From positions 38,192,001 through 38,256,000 of the forward strand of contig NC_043000.1 in the NCBI RefSeq assembly GCF_006345805.1: a DNA stretch of 64,000 nt, in the 5' to 3' direction. Positions 38,336 through 51,334 of this stretch are shown here, piece after piece; position 1 is the stretch's first letter; every line of letters starts with the position of its first letter. The position numbers and the translations under genes are program-made. This DNA is from Octopus sinensis. Its lineage: Eukaryota. The notes below the pieces were generated by a model. That model made no database searches. It was not told the DNA's origin and saw only the letters and a program-made list of their open reading frames with translations.

Positions 38336-38919
38336 TTCAACTTTATTAATTTCTTTATCCCTCTTTACATATATTTCACTACTTGTTACATATATTCTTT
38401 AAAAAAACCATTACCATCCCTTATTGTTTCTTCTCTTAAATCCCTTATTTCTTTCTCTACCCTAATTCCCTTTTCATTCAGTATTTCTCCTCTTCTCTAT
38501 AAATCCCATTTAAGGCTTTATTTCACCAAAGCTCCTGTTTACAACTCCCTACCCCACTTCCATCATTCTCTTTCTTTAGGTTTCATTCGTTCACAGTTCT
38601 ACGATATTTTTTCTAGTTTGTTTTTCCTTCTTTTCTCTATATTTTTAAAGAGTACTTTTGATGGTTTTATTCTTTTTTTTACACATTTCCATTCACAACC
38701 GTCTGCTTAACTTTCTCACTTTGGTGGTCTATGTATGTATGTATGTATGTATGTATGTATGTATGTATGTATGTATGTATGTGTGTATGTATGTGTGTAT
38801 GTATGTATGTATGAATGTATGAATGTATGAATGAATGTATATACCTATCTATCTGTATGTATATACATACATGCATATATATATATATATATATATAAGA
38901 AAGCAAAAACTGGAACAAG

Positions 38920-39290
38920 AATGTAACAGGCAACAACAAAACATCCGGACAGTTAAGTTAGACGTTACAAGAAAGGACAGGAAAAAAACAGCATGGGTCA
39001 TTCGGATGTTTCTTTCTTCAGTCGAGTTCCAGATTATCGCAGCAGTTTCGGCCGGTTACACTCGAGACTGCTCCAATCTGACCTGCCCCAAGAAAATCTA
39101 AGTTAAGAGCAATAGATTCCTTGGAAGAAAGCAAGCGAATGTATACGAAAACAAGAACAAAAAGAAAACGGAGAAATAGTACACAAATGCAAATACAAAC
39201 AACATTTACAACAGGTGTCTTTCAACTAAGGACAAATTGAATTAAGCTGGCGTATGTGGAAGTGAAGCCTTATGGCAGGGACATAGAACA
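38920..39290 (-). repeat. Repeat family B
   Basis: Reverse-complement match to 35400-35750. Confidence 0.7.
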
Positions 39291-40438
39291 TGAAAGTCAT
39301 GGAAAGGAATATAGATGTTGCATGGATGGTAGTCGAACCAAGAAAGAATAGTCAGGCTTGGCAGAACACCAGTCATGTGGAGGGAGAGGAGAGAGGTAGG
39401 GGCAGGGGGATAGAAGAATTAGGAAGGGACGAGAAAGAAAGAAAAAACAACGGGACAGAGTGGGGTAAAAGAGGAGGGAAGGTGAGAATGAAAGGAAGGC
39501 CAAGAAATGCGAGAGAGGGGGAGCGAGAAAAAGAAAAGTGGAAAGAACAAAGTAAGTGTGAAGGGTCTGAAAGAAAGAATAAGAGAGTCGATGCTTCCTA
39601 GGACTATATAGCGGTGGTGCAATTCCTTTTATGGGATTGTAACGTTATGTTGACATTATACAACCACTCTATCGCTCCACCACCGCTCATGTCTCTTTGA
39701 GACATTTAGAAATTCAATATTTCTAATATATATATATATACATATATATATGTGTGTGTATGTGTGTATTCACCAATATATGTAATGAACTGAATTATTT
39801 TCTGCATGACTAACGGATAATGGTTTCCCAGACTGAAGAATGATAAAAACTGTCCCAAAGAAAAAAACTTAACTCAAAACCGTTCCGATTAAACAAATGC
39901 TTTGAATCGTTCAGTCTATTGTGTTTGTTTTTCGATGTTCTAACACACATAAGATTAAATTTATTGAACATAGGGTAAAAGATGAAGAGAACATCGAAAA
40001 TTAGCGAGAGCTGAAATCGAGTCCAACATAGACTAAACATGTGATATCGGAGTCGAAGCGCTGAGCAGTGTTGTGTGTAAATACAAACTTGATAACAGCT
40101 CAAATATGATTAGTGCATGATCGAATTCGTAAGATAGCCATTCATTATCTTTTATCATAGGGACAATTTCTCTCTACACATATATATACACAAGCACCAA
40201 ATCAGTTCGAAGCTGGGTTTAGCAAGATTAATGGATGCATACTTTCGGAGTAGTTATCTCCTCTTCAACATCAGATAGCGGAAAGGGTAACTCTACGAGC
40301 TGACAAGAAATTTCTATTTCTTATATTCTCGTCATCGTACTGACACTGGTTGTGCTAATCGGGTGCTCGCTGTAAATAGAATACGGAACAGAAGGACTAA
40401 ACAATGATGTGTATAAAGACAAACTTAGGAATACAAAT

Positions 40439-40519
<81 letters not shown>

Positions 40520-40522
<3 letters not shown>

Positions 40523-40880
40523 GTAATAACGAGCAGAAGTAGTGGGGGACCATCATAGCCATGTGTTGAGAGGGATTATTTGGGGTTTGAATAATTCACC
40601 TCTGGAAACATGGGTGTTTCGTTCAATATCCTTAAACAACCCTTATTCAGGGAACTTTTGAGCGGGAGGGGTTACTCGATCAGAAGAAAATTCTAACTAG
40701 GACCCACCGGCCATGTCATGTGATGTTTATCTTGATATGAGATCACCATTTTGTGCACATATGGTTGTGATGTATGTGCCTAGTGTACCCTTATCAGACA
40801 GGTAGTCATGATCGGTATACTGGGCTTCGTATATTTTACCCCAGTGTCACTTTGATGGCATGCACTGCTCTCTCACACAA
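40520..40880 (+). mobile_element. Family F retroposon, 5'-truncated, (TAA)n tail
   Basis: Matches 16590-17065. Confidence 0.7.
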
Positions 40881-40903
40881 TAATAATAATAATCATAATA
40901 ATG

Positions 40904-40966
<63 letters not shown>

Positions 40967-40969
40967 TTT

Positions 40970-41362
40970 TGTACTAAAGGCACAAGGCTTGAAATTTGAG
41001 GAGAGTGGACTAGTCGATAATGCCAACCCCAGTGTTTCACTGGTGTTTAATTTAGCGACCCCGAGAGGATGAAAGGTAAAGTCGACCTCGCTGGAATTTG
41101 AACTCAGAACGCAGCGACAGATGAAATACCTATTTCTTTACTACCCACTATGTGCTAAACACAGAGGAGATAAACAAGGACAGACAAACGCATTAAGTCG
41201 ACTTTATCGACACCAGTACGTAACTGGTACATATTTAATCGACCCTGAAAGGATAAAGGCAAAGTTGACCTTGGCGGAATTTGAACTTAGAACGTAACGG
41301 CAGACGAAATACGGCTACGCATTTCGCCCGGCGTGCTAACGTTTCTGCCAGCTCGCCGCCTT
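40970..41362 (-). mobile_element. SINE family C, two modules
   Basis: Junction AAAGAAATA|GGTATTTC near 41130. Confidence 0.8.
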
Positions 41363-41774
41363 AAAAACGATGATGAAGATGACAATGCGATGATGATGAT
41401 GATGATGATGATGATAAAGATGACCCAAACCAAAATAATAGTAATAATAATTGTTTCTAATTTTAACACAAGACCAGCAATTTTAGAAGAATGAATATTT
41501 TATTCTATCGTCCCCGAAACATTAGCCGACAACACAGCTCTCGGTGAAATTTGAACACAGAATGGAAAGAACTGGAAGAAATACCGCTACTCATGCGCTA
41601 ATGATTCTGCCAGGTCGCCATCTTGAATAATGCAGAGCGCAACAATAAATAAATATACAAAGAAATAATTAAACTCATCTTTTACAGGTTCACAAACGTT
41701 TCAACTGCCGGGACACAATGTGCACAGGATCAAGCTATATTGGAGACTAAGTAAATGAGAACATAATGAATAAG

Positions 41775-42060
41775 CAGGCGTGGCTATGTAGTTAGAAGAC
41801 TGCTTCCCTACCAGAAGGTTCCGGGTTCAGTCTCACTGCGTGACACATTGAGGAAGTGTCTCTACTCTAGCCACAAACAAACCCAAGCTTTGCGATTTGA
41901 TTAGGTAGACGGAAACTGAAAGAAGCCTCTTGTATATAAAGCGATAAAATAAGTAACAAGCTACAAAATAAAACACGCCCTGGAGTCGATTTGTTCGATT
42001 CAAACTCTCCAAAGGCCGTGCCTCATCGACAGCACAGTCTAATGAGTGAAACAAGTCAAG
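41775..42060 (+). mobile_element. SINE family A, internally deleted
   Basis: GGCGTGGCTATGTAG..GGTTCCGGGTTCAG..tail TGAAACAAGT. Confidence 0.7.
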
Positions 42061-42547
42061 GAAACAAAAAATTAAAAGATAGAATAGAAAATGATAGTCA
42101 CAAGCTTTACCCGACTCTAAAATGGCCGACATTACTGTTCAAAATATTCCTTTCATTTGTTACAAATCTTCCTCACTCCCCCCACCACCAGAACCACGTC
42201 TAAGCGAAGCTGTTTTGCGCATACTTATTAAAGAAGCCATATCGTCTGTGGAGAACCATCCCATCTGTTTACCCACGTGACTGTTTACCTCATCCGTCTA
42301 TTTGTGAATGCTGGCCTGATGTCTCTGTTTGCTAAACGTACGCGAGTGTTTGCTTCCTGTGGTCACTGAAACTACAGTAAAATAACAAATAGCAAATAAA
42401 ATATGGATGCGATGGATTTAAATTAAAATGCATGAGAAAGACTGGAAAATGACATCCAGTGTTTGATATGCACACAGACGAAGGTATTGTTGGCTTAGGA
42501 ATTCATTGAATATACACTAACAGGCACACATGCATACAAACATATAT

Positions 42548-42582
<35 letters not shown>

Positions 42583-42621
42583 TATATATATATGTATATA
42601 TATATTATATATATATTATAT

Positions 42622-42679
<58 letters not shown>

Positions 42680-42681
<2 letters not shown>

Positions 42682-42852
42682 GTATTGTAACGTGTATAAG
42701 AAACCCTTTCTTTGTCAAAAATTAGGTTAAGGGAGTCTCTTATACATCGATAGTATTATAATCCTTTACAAAACCATTTTTTCCAAATTTTAAACCTCCA
42801 AAATTAGAGGGCTGCTTATACACGAGGATTCTTTATACACATTAAAATAAGG
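42680..42852. mobile_element. Tc1/pogo-type MITE
   Basis: TIR CCGTATTGTAACGTGTATAA vs reverse complement CCTTATTTTAATGTGTATAA (17/20), TA flanks. Confidence 0.65.
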
Positions 42853-43226
42853 TATGTATATATATATTCATAAATCCGATAAGTGGCACACTCTGAAGAT
42901 TAGAACAATAATACCTAAGAGGTGGTTGGTTAAGGCCGATCAAAGAGTGACCGTTGGTTTCGCCCCAGTAAGGTTCTTAAAGGTATAGGTGACTCATAAA
43001 ACAGGATATCCGGAGGCACATATCTCTACAACTGGAGCCAGCAAAGAGACTTGGTCAGTTAGGGCTTTAAACAAACTATCCCGAAACGAAATTCTACTTG
43101 TTACTCTTTTACTCGTTTCAGCCATGCGGCTGTGGTCATGCTGGAGCACCACTATGTTTGGCATTTTTTTCAGGCGAGATTAATTAGTACGTTCACCCTT
43201 TATTGCCATTTTATTATAAATAAATA

Positions 43227-43470
43227 TCTGTATATATATATATATATAAGGCAGGATGTGTGTGAGTGTGTGTTTGTTTGTGTGTGTGTACGTGATTGTA
43301 GTTTATGCACATCCACAAATTAGCACGCATGTCGCTCAAATTTTAGGAGGACACTCATCATGGTCCTAGCTGTATTTTCGTCAAATTATTTCCGCCCGAG
43401 GCACCCGCGAATAGCGGTAAATAATTTTGAGCCATAACTTCAATTTTCACGGCGTAGAAATCCACTGTAG
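43227..43470 (+). mobile_element. Possible Helitron 5' fragment
   Basis: Starts TCTGTATATA..TAAGGCAGGATGTGTG; no 3' CTAG end seen. Confidence 0.35.
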
Positions 43471-43720
43471 TGACGCCATTATTGTTTATAAAACATGCGT
43501 TAAGTCCCCTTCAAGCGACGGTGTAAAGAGAGGGAGGGAGAGAGAGCGAGAGATAACAGATTTCTTTTTAGTGAGTGATTGACAGACAAAAACAGACAGG
43601 TGTTGTTATGTATGTATGTGTGAATGGCTTCAGTCACACACACACACACTAGCATGTATGCGTACAAAACACATGCATGCAATGTGTGTGTTGACCGTAG
43701 ATATATATATATACACTATA

Positions 43721-44082
43721 TCTCTCTATACATAAAGCTGAAGTCGTCTCTGTATGGCAGGTTTGGTAGCCTTCAACTAACACTATCTCCACCGAGACCC
43801 TGCAGCGCAAGTTGACCAAAATTGAGAGTCTGATAGAAAAAGGTTTGCTCTTCCTTTCGTAGAAGGAAAAAAATTCAAATCGGACCATGTTAACACCAAA
43901 ATTTATTTACATCAAAGAGGTGCTTTTACGATGCTGTGTCGCCATTTTTCGGTGTATTTCAACCAGAAAAGATGTTCACTTAAAGAGAATAACAAGCTAC
44001 ATAATGCATAACTTTTACTTTCCAAAAATCTCAATTCTAAAGGGTCGAAACAAACCCGAGCAGCGCCGGGCGATACTGCTAG
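43721..44082 (+). mobile_element. Non-autonomous Helitron
   Basis: A|TC.. 5' end, CCCG(agcagcgc)CGGG hairpin at 44055-44070, CTAG|T 3' end, no TSD. Confidence 0.75.
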
Positions 44083-44397
44083 TATTTTTTATAAAATCAT
44101 TATTATTTGTCTTCATGAATCACTATTTTTCATTTTTTTGGACAATAATCTCATGAAAAGATAACAATATTGTAGTTTGTCTTCAGCTTAAATTTGTTCA
44201 ACTCATTTTCCCTCATTCTTTTTGTTATTCTTCGGCATCATCATCCACCTCCTTCTCACCCTCATCTCTTCTTCCAATCTGTATCCGTTGTTTTTTCTTT
44301 CCCCTCCTCCTTCCCTACCGTTATCTGTCCATCCTTCCCTTTTAACAATGTGCGTTTACACACACACACACACACACATGTATATATGTATATTCAT

Positions 44398-44464
44398 GTA
44401 GGCGTGGCTGTGTGGTAAGAAGCTTGCTTCCCAACGAAGCCCGTCGTATGTGTATATATATATA

Positions 44465-44523
<59 letters not shown>

Positions 44524-44730
44524 TGTGTGGTGTGTTGTGTGTGTGTGTGCTTATATATTCGACAACCGATTCTGGTTTGTTTACGTCACCGTACATTAGC
44601 GGTTCGGCTGAACAGACCGATAGAATAAGCACCAGACTTACAAAGAATAAATCCAGGGGTCGATTATTTCGACTACAAGGCGGTGCTCCAGCATGGCCAC
44701 AGTCAATTGGCTGAAACAAGAAAGAGAGTG
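44398..44730 (+). mobile_element. SINE family A
   Basis: Head at 44400; tail AAGGCGGTGCTCCAGCATGGCCACAGTC..CTGAAACAAG. Confidence 0.8.
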
Positions 44731-44829
44731 AAAGAGTAAAGGAATATATGTACGTATCGTATGCAAACATGCACACACATAGACATACACATGCGCACAC
44801 ATACACACACACACACACACACACATACC

Positions 44830-45025
44830 TTTTACATGTTTCAGTCTTTAGACTGCGACCATGCTGGGTTACCGCCTTGAAGAATTTTTAGTCTAAAGAA
44901 TCGATTTCAGCACATTTTCTTTTTGGAAAGCCTTGTAGTAATTCTGTCGGATACTTTTGCCGAACCGCTAGGAATCGGGGACGCGGATACAAACGACACC
45001 GATTGTAAAACGGTGTAGTGGGAGT

Positions 45026-45030
<5 letters not shown>
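44830..45030 (-). mobile_element. SINE family A tail half (followed by a + strand head piece at 45130-45220)
   Basis: TTTCAGTC..GACTGCGACCATGCTGGG. Confidence 0.7.
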
Positions 45031-45071
<41 letters not shown>

Positions 45072-45534
45072 CACACACAAACACACGCACGCACACACAC
45101 AAACACACAGGCATACACACATATATATTCACATGACTCCGGTTTCAGTCCCACTGCGTGGCACCTTGGGCAAGTGTCTTCTACTATAGCTTCGGGCCGA
45201 CCAAAGCTTTGTGAATGGGTTTAAACAACCCGGAAGAGGCTTTGCGAGTTACAGAGAGAAAGCTACTATGGGAGGCTCATAGTATAATAACTGTGTATAA
45301 TATAAATCGTAATGATATTTATTGTCCGATATGAAGCAACTATTTTTAAATATAAACAAATGACCGAAAAATGAAGAGCTAACCTCTGGCAGAATCGAAT
45401 CACAAATCGACGCTTCCAAAGTTCCTTGCGAATCATATTGGCTAAGCGCCCACCCATCAATTTACATATATAAAACAAATAATATAGTTAGTTATAAAAT
45501 CTCAAGAAGACATATGGGAGTAACGTATACTAAA

Positions 45535-45744
45535 CAATAAGGCGAGTAGCCACATCAAAGTGGCAGATGAATGTGACTACTAGTTTAACCACAGGCAGAT
45601 TCTCCACAAACTGGTTTTCGGTGCAGGCTCTGCACCCTTCATTGTATATGAAGGGTGCAGAAAGTCAGCTGATGGATAATCCACCAGGGGTTAAGCTGGG
45701 GGTAACATTTAACTGCCACTTTGATATGGCTACTCGCTTTACTG
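45535..45744. mobile_element. ~210-bp MITE
   Basis: 32-bp TIR CAATAAGGCGAGTAGCCACATCAAAGTGGCAG / CTGCCACTTTGATATGGCTACTCGCTTTACTG; internal hairpin TCTGCACCCTTCAT..ATGAAGGGTGCAGA. Confidence 0.75.
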
Positions 45745-45750
45745 TTATAT

Positions 45751-45782
<32 letters not shown>

Positions 45783-45787
45783 ATATA

Positions 45788-46135
<348 letters not shown>

Positions 46136-46152
46136 ATATATATATATAATAT

Positions 46153-46237
<85 letters not shown>

Positions 46238-46356
46238 AAGTATATGCATATACATATGCATATGTGTATCTGAGTGTGTTTGTGAGAACAACCGATCGAT
46301 CGCGCTATAGAGATTTCCTCAATTGATAAATTCTGTCGATGCAAGATCTTTATTAC

Positions 46357-46444
46357 CTTTGCCCTTGTCTAAAAATTAATATGAAGTTATCTAAACTTGT
46401 AGAATTTTCTAAAACAGCCCTGAAGCATATTCTGTTTGTGCTTC
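46357..46444 (-). CDS. Candidate 88-nt exon (STNRICFRAVLENSTSLDNFILIFRQGQ)
   Basis: Strong pyrimidine tract ..cgtttcag|GAAG and CAAAG|gtaata; open frame; no homology recognised. Confidence 0.3.
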
Positions 46445-46691
46445 CTGAAACGAATCAATTTATTAAAGAAATAAAAGGAGAAAAAAAATCTTTGTTTTCA
46501 TAGCAATAGCCGGCATTAATTTTTTCACATACAAATATTAATTTTAATTCTTTCATTCACTTTCTCAAACATTCGCCACTCCACTCCATTATACACTTGC
46601 TATATCTATGTATATGCATGCACATATGTATGAATATATAGGCATGCATGCATGGGTATATATATATATATATATATATTTATATAGTATG

Positions 46692-46723
<32 letters not shown>

Positions 46724-46725
<2 letters not shown>

Positions 46726-46955
46726 ACGTTAATGCTTGTTTTTATGCTCTCAGTTATAAAAACAAATTTACATTAATCTGATGGTTTACTCAACACTTCT
46801 GTAGAGTACAAATTTATTATTCCTAAACAAGAATATCATTAATAGTACCTTCGAAGTTTCGACCAGCTAAGCCACCGTCGGGCAGCCAGACGATGGATTA
46901 ACTGACAGAAATTTCGAAGTCATTGTCAAAAATATTCTTATTTAAGAATACTATA
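46724..46955 (-). repeat. Family G repeat (copy 2)
   Basis: Near-identical to 45905-46135. Confidence 0.8.
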
Positions 46956-46983
46956 TATATATATATATATAATATAATATATA

Positions 46984-48070
46984 TAAAAGAGAATTGGAAA
47001 CGATTGCTGGACGATTGTTTTATTACTCTGGAATGAAACACAGATAAACTCCTAAAATTCAAAACCTATTGAACAGCATCAACCCAAATATACAGTTCAC
47101 AATGGAATACAACCAAAAGGAGCTTCCATTCTTAGATATACTAATTAAAAAAATTAACCTAAATAGAAACAGACATTTTTTATAAACCCACAGACGCTAA
47201 ACAATACCTACTTTTTGATTCATGCCACCCAAGACACACTAAAACAAACATCCCTTTCAACCTTGCAAGAAGGATATGCACAATAGTGTCCAGAACAAAA
47301 TACCAGGAACTTTAGACTACAAGAACTCAAAAACACCCTAATTGACAGACATTACCAGCTCAACTCATAGAGGATGGGATCAGACGTGCAACAGAAATCG
47401 ACATAGAAAAGTTCAACACAAACACCACACCTCCTTCCCCGAACACTGCCTTACATATCCACATACAACCCCGAAACAAGAAGCCTTCACCATCATCACC
47501 CAGAATTTACCAATACTCTCAAAGGACCCCAAATTAAAGGAAATTCTAAACATACATAAAATCATTAAAAGCTACAAACAACCTAAATCACTTAAAATGA
47601 TTCTCACAAAGGCAAAATTGTTTTCTGAAATTACGGATGCAAAAGTAAAAAAATGCGGTAGACCAAACTGCACAACGTGCCTAAACCTTCTAGAAGGATC
47701 GGAATTCTTCTTCAAAGAGGGACAAAAATTCAAGATCAAATCTAATTTTACTTGTGCTTCTGAAAACATAATTAATGTCATAAGATGCTCGGGCTGCCAC
47801 CAAAACTACGTGGGGTCCACGGGACTATCACTCAGACGTAGATGCACTCTGCATCGACAACAGATTGCATTCCCAGAATACAGAATGATACCCTTTAGTG
47901 AGATATTGAAATGCGCAAAGCAACTACTACCACAATTTTTAATCTTTCCATTTTATCAATGTGGAACACCAACACAAATTAGACTAAACAAGGAAACATT
48001 CTTCATTGAAAAATATAAGCCCAAACTTAACCACTCTAACATTCTTATACAGAGAAACTCACCCAATTAA
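46984..48070 (+). mobile_element. Penelope-like element, 5'-truncated RT C-terminus plus GIY-YIG endonuclease, frameshifted
   Basis: WKRLLDDCF, INPNIQFTME..LPFLD, YKPTD..YL.F.SCHP.H.K..IPF, CGRPNCTTC linker, NIINVIRCSGCHQNYVGSTG..R..LHRQQI, E.FFIEKYKPKLN. Confidence 0.9.
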
Positions 48071-48128
48071 ATAAAGGGAAAAAGAAATATAAAGCGATTA
48101 TCTCCCTTATACCGGAAGAAATCCCTAC

Positions 48129-48229
48129 CTGGAACTCTTCTTTGCACTTCATAACGAAGACATAACACGATGTCTTGAGAAATTTGAAAAGCTAACACGA
48201 AACCGGTAATTTCTTCAAAAACTATGTCA
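48129..48229 (-). CDS. Candidate 101-nt exon (DIVFEEITGFVLAFQISQDIVLCLRYEVQRRVP)
   Basis: tttttttcatacag|T..CCAG|gtaggg; phase-compatible with 46357-46444. Confidence 0.3.
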
Positions 48230-48356
48230 CTGTATGAAAAAAATTTGATAACATTCTTCTGAGATAATGACTCAAATATATTTTTTAACCTTTTAAAACA
48301 AGCCTTCTGTAGTTTTTTCACTTTTTACTATTTTATATATATATATATATATTATG

Positions 48357-49020
48357 ATGCATCCTTCACGGCGCATAATTATTAAGTTGGCAATAAAAAG
48401 ACGAAGGCCGGATGCATCCTTCGGACGAGAGAACAGGAAACCACGATGGCCCTTTTCAGGACATTTTTTCTCAACTGTTTAGACTTCGGTCACCACACAG
48501 TGTAAAATTAACGACGGAACTCGAAGCAATCCAATGAAGCTACACAAGGATGATCATTTCAATGCGACAATTTGACTAATAGGAAAGGTTTCTACTCTCA
48601 TGGAGGAAGGCGGGAAAGGCATTCAGGGATGTACATCAGGAAAATCCTGAAAACAATTGTATAAAGCTTTATCATTGAAAGTTACACAAACATCAGAATA
48701 GGGGTTAACTATATAGTACCAAACATTGCAACACCGTCTTCAAGATACAAGACCAGATACTGCAACAGCTTAAGTTTCAAGGGTCAACACCTCTTCAAAA
48801 TCCTTCCCAAAACCTGAAAGAGACCTATATGGGGTGGATGAAGAAGTCTTCAAAACAAAACTGGATTACCTTTTTTCGAGGATTCCAGATGAGCCTACAT
48901 CACGGCCGGAAATACAGATGAGGACTGCAACACCAAATTACCACAATCACCAAATTGCCACACATGAAATGAGGTTTCATGCAGTGAAAGTGTAGCGAAT
49001 CTAACGGCGGTACCCCAGTA
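48357..49020 (+). mobile_element. CR1-type LINE 3' fragment
   Basis: AGCILR..REQETTMALF..ELEAIQ..FKTKLDY..RIPDEPTS; 3' UTR AACGGCGGTACCCCAG. Confidence 0.8.
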
Positions 49021-49233
49021 AAATAAAAAAGAAATATAAGATATATAATATATGTATGCATGTATGTATGTATGTATGTATGTATGTATGTATGTATGTA
49101 TGTATGTATGTATGTATGTATGTATGTATTTATGTATGTATTTATGTATGTATATGTGTGTGTATGTTATATACATATTTTCATTATATATATATATATA
49201 TATGAAAATAATAATGCAATACGAATGTATTAC

Positions 49234-49390
49234 TTTCCAGTAAGAGATAGCGTTCAGACGAGTATACTGGTATTGGTGTGGCAACATTTGAAATCTTGTC
49301 TAGGTGATGAAGACTAATCAAATCTACGTTGTCAAGCGTATTTGAAGAGTCAGAAACCGGTCCTGCATTATCTGATTCTAGGTTGTCCAT
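49234..49390 (-). CDS. Candidate first coding exon (MDNLESDNAGPVSDSS..YLLLE)
   Basis: Acceptor tcttacttttag at 49407, in-frame stops before ATG at 49390, donor GGAAA|gtaata; the same sequence could equally be a + strand donor. Confidence 0.25.
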
Positions 49391-49597
49391 TTATCAGATG
49401 TTCTTCCTAAAAGTAAGACAATTTTTTTTCATACTTGTTGCACTAACGCGTCTTTGCTAGTATATACGCAGTGAAGCTATACAATAGCGTCGTATTTATT
49501 ACGATTGCTATTTTCCAGTAAATATTGGTGCCTTGTTGTACCATTTATCTACTTTTATATATATATATATATATATATAATAACAATAATCCTAGGG

Positions 49598-49923
49598 TGG
49601 AGTTTATGAATTTAATGCATCGCTACGTACGTTTCCACACCACACATGGACTTTTAAGATCACAGTCCGTATTCATGGGATGGTTGCAGTGTAGTCCGTA
49701 GCATCCGTCGCCATCCGATTGATCATTATCACTAATTCATCTCTTTTGGCGAGATGACATTAGTTTTCAACCTCTCTCCGAGATGAACCTCTCTCCGAGA
49801 TGAACCTCTCTCCGAGATGAACCTCTCTCCGAGATGAACCTCTCTCCGAGATGAACCTCTCTCCGAGATGAACCTCTCTGTGGATACACGCTGATAACGA
49901 TGCATTGAACGTTTATAAATTCC
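49598..49923. mobile_element. MITE-like element with internal minisatellite
   Basis: Imperfect TIR GGAGTTTATGAATTTAATGCATCG / CGATGCATTGAACGTTTATAAATTCC. Confidence 0.45.
49769..49879. repeat. 17-bp minisatellite AACCTCTCTCCGAGATG x6.5
   Basis: Six perfect units plus a 9-nt partial, no spacers. Confidence 0.95.
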
Positions 49924-50212
49924 ATCTTTATTGTTATTATTATTATAATTATCCTACATTATATCGGAACAGTCTGATGCAACCCCCAACATTTGACTCA
50001 CTATTAAGCAACATTAGACGGTGGTCGCCATAATGGAATAGGATCTTTATTTGCATATTTAAAACGCTACCATAAACAAATTTTAAAGATATATATATAT
50101 ATATGTATATACCGGAGTAAGCGAGTAAGCACATGAGTGTGAAACAAGGTGGAAAAAAGAGTACTCAAATATTAGAGGTAGAGTAATATGCTTTATTTAA
50201 AAGCAACAGAAG

Positions 50213-50250
50213 CTGTTACTCGGAGTTTCACGTTCCCGTTCGTCGGACAG
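50213..50250 (-). ncRNA. Hammerhead motif, CCGACGA core variant
   Basis: Exact reverse complement of 50292-50329. Confidence 0.65.
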
Positions 50251-50291
50251 TTTTGTTAAAAAAAAAAAAAAATTTTTTTCTTTTAACAAAA

Positions 50292-50329
50292 CTGTCCGAC
50301 GAACGGGAACGTGAAACTCCGAGTAACAG
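50292..50329 (+). ncRNA. Hammerhead motif, CCGACGA core variant
   Basis: CTGT-CCGACGA-ACG(GGAA)CGT-GAAA-CTC(C)GAG-TA-ACAG; all three stems pair. Confidence 0.65.
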
Positions 50330-50362
50330 CTTCTGTTATATTTCTGCTGCTTTTAAATAAAG

Positions 50363-50439
<77 letters not shown>

Positions 50440-50449
<10 letters not shown>

Positions 50450-50670
50450 TTGAATAAAAACGCAATAGAAGGCATTAAAACGTTCGGACAGAGAGATGAC
50501 ACAGAAGCGAACAAGAGAACAACAATTAGAAAGACAGGCAGAAAAAGACGGGTCACTGTTTTTCTTTCATCAGTCAAGTATCAGATGTCACGACCATTTC
50601 GGACAGTTACACTTGAGATGGTTCGATCTGGTTGTCCCCAAAAGAGTCTAAGCTAAGAGCATTAGACCCC
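50440..50670 (-). repeat. Repeat family B
   Basis: Matches 38920-39120. Confidence 0.6.
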
Positions 50671-50689
50671 TCATATGTATATATGTATG

Positions 50690-50720
<31 letters not shown>

Positions 50721-50954
50721 ACACACATATATATATGCGTATCCACGCGAAGGCATAATATATATATATATATATGCATAACACATGTATATATGTGTAT
50801 CTATCTCTCCGCATGTAACTGTGTGTATATGTTTATACATATGATTAACATATATGAGCATGCATGTCTATGCCTATGCGTGTGTGTGTGTGGAAATTTC
50901 TAAACGCTGGATTTCGTCGGACTGTAAAATCATAATAAAAGAAAAACTGGCAGG

Positions 50955-51250
50955 CCGTCAGTTACGACGACGAGGATGGCAGCTGATACGACCAACAGAA
51001 CATCTTGCTCGCGGAATTAACGTACATGTGGCTGAATACACCACAGACACGCGTACCTTTAACGTAATCCTCAGGGAGAAAGTGAAAATGCTGGCTCTTT
51101 TGAAATACAGGTGCTACTCATTTTTGCCAGCTGAGTGGGCTGGAGCAACATCAAATAAAGTGTCTTGCTCAAGGACACAACGCGTCGCCGGGAATTGAAC
51201 TCACGTCCTTACAATCGTTAGCCGAATGCCCTAACCACTAAGCCACCCTC
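50955..51250 (-). mobile_element. SINE family D
   Basis: Head TAGTGGTTAGGGCATTCGGC..GAGTTCAATTCCCGG. Confidence 0.8.
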
Positions 51251-51334
51251 CTTCTATGTACTCTAAAGAACTTGTTCAGTAATCTTTCAGTTTAATGTTA
51301 AAATTACTTTTACTTATAAGTATTTAAAACTAGG

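Larger units (their letters stand above)
50112..50362 (-). mobile_element. Hairpin hammerhead-bearing insert (same family as 11573-11892)
   Basis: Inverted arms 50191-50260 / 50281-50362; extension 50112-50190. Confidence 0.75.

Noticed and set aside
38995-39070. Family B GCCGAAAC..CTGAAGA as a type II hammerhead
   Set aside because: The stems do not pair in any of the copies examined.
49769-49879. CRISPR-like array
   Set aside because: Contiguous identical 17-mers, no spacers, no cas genes, eukaryotic context.
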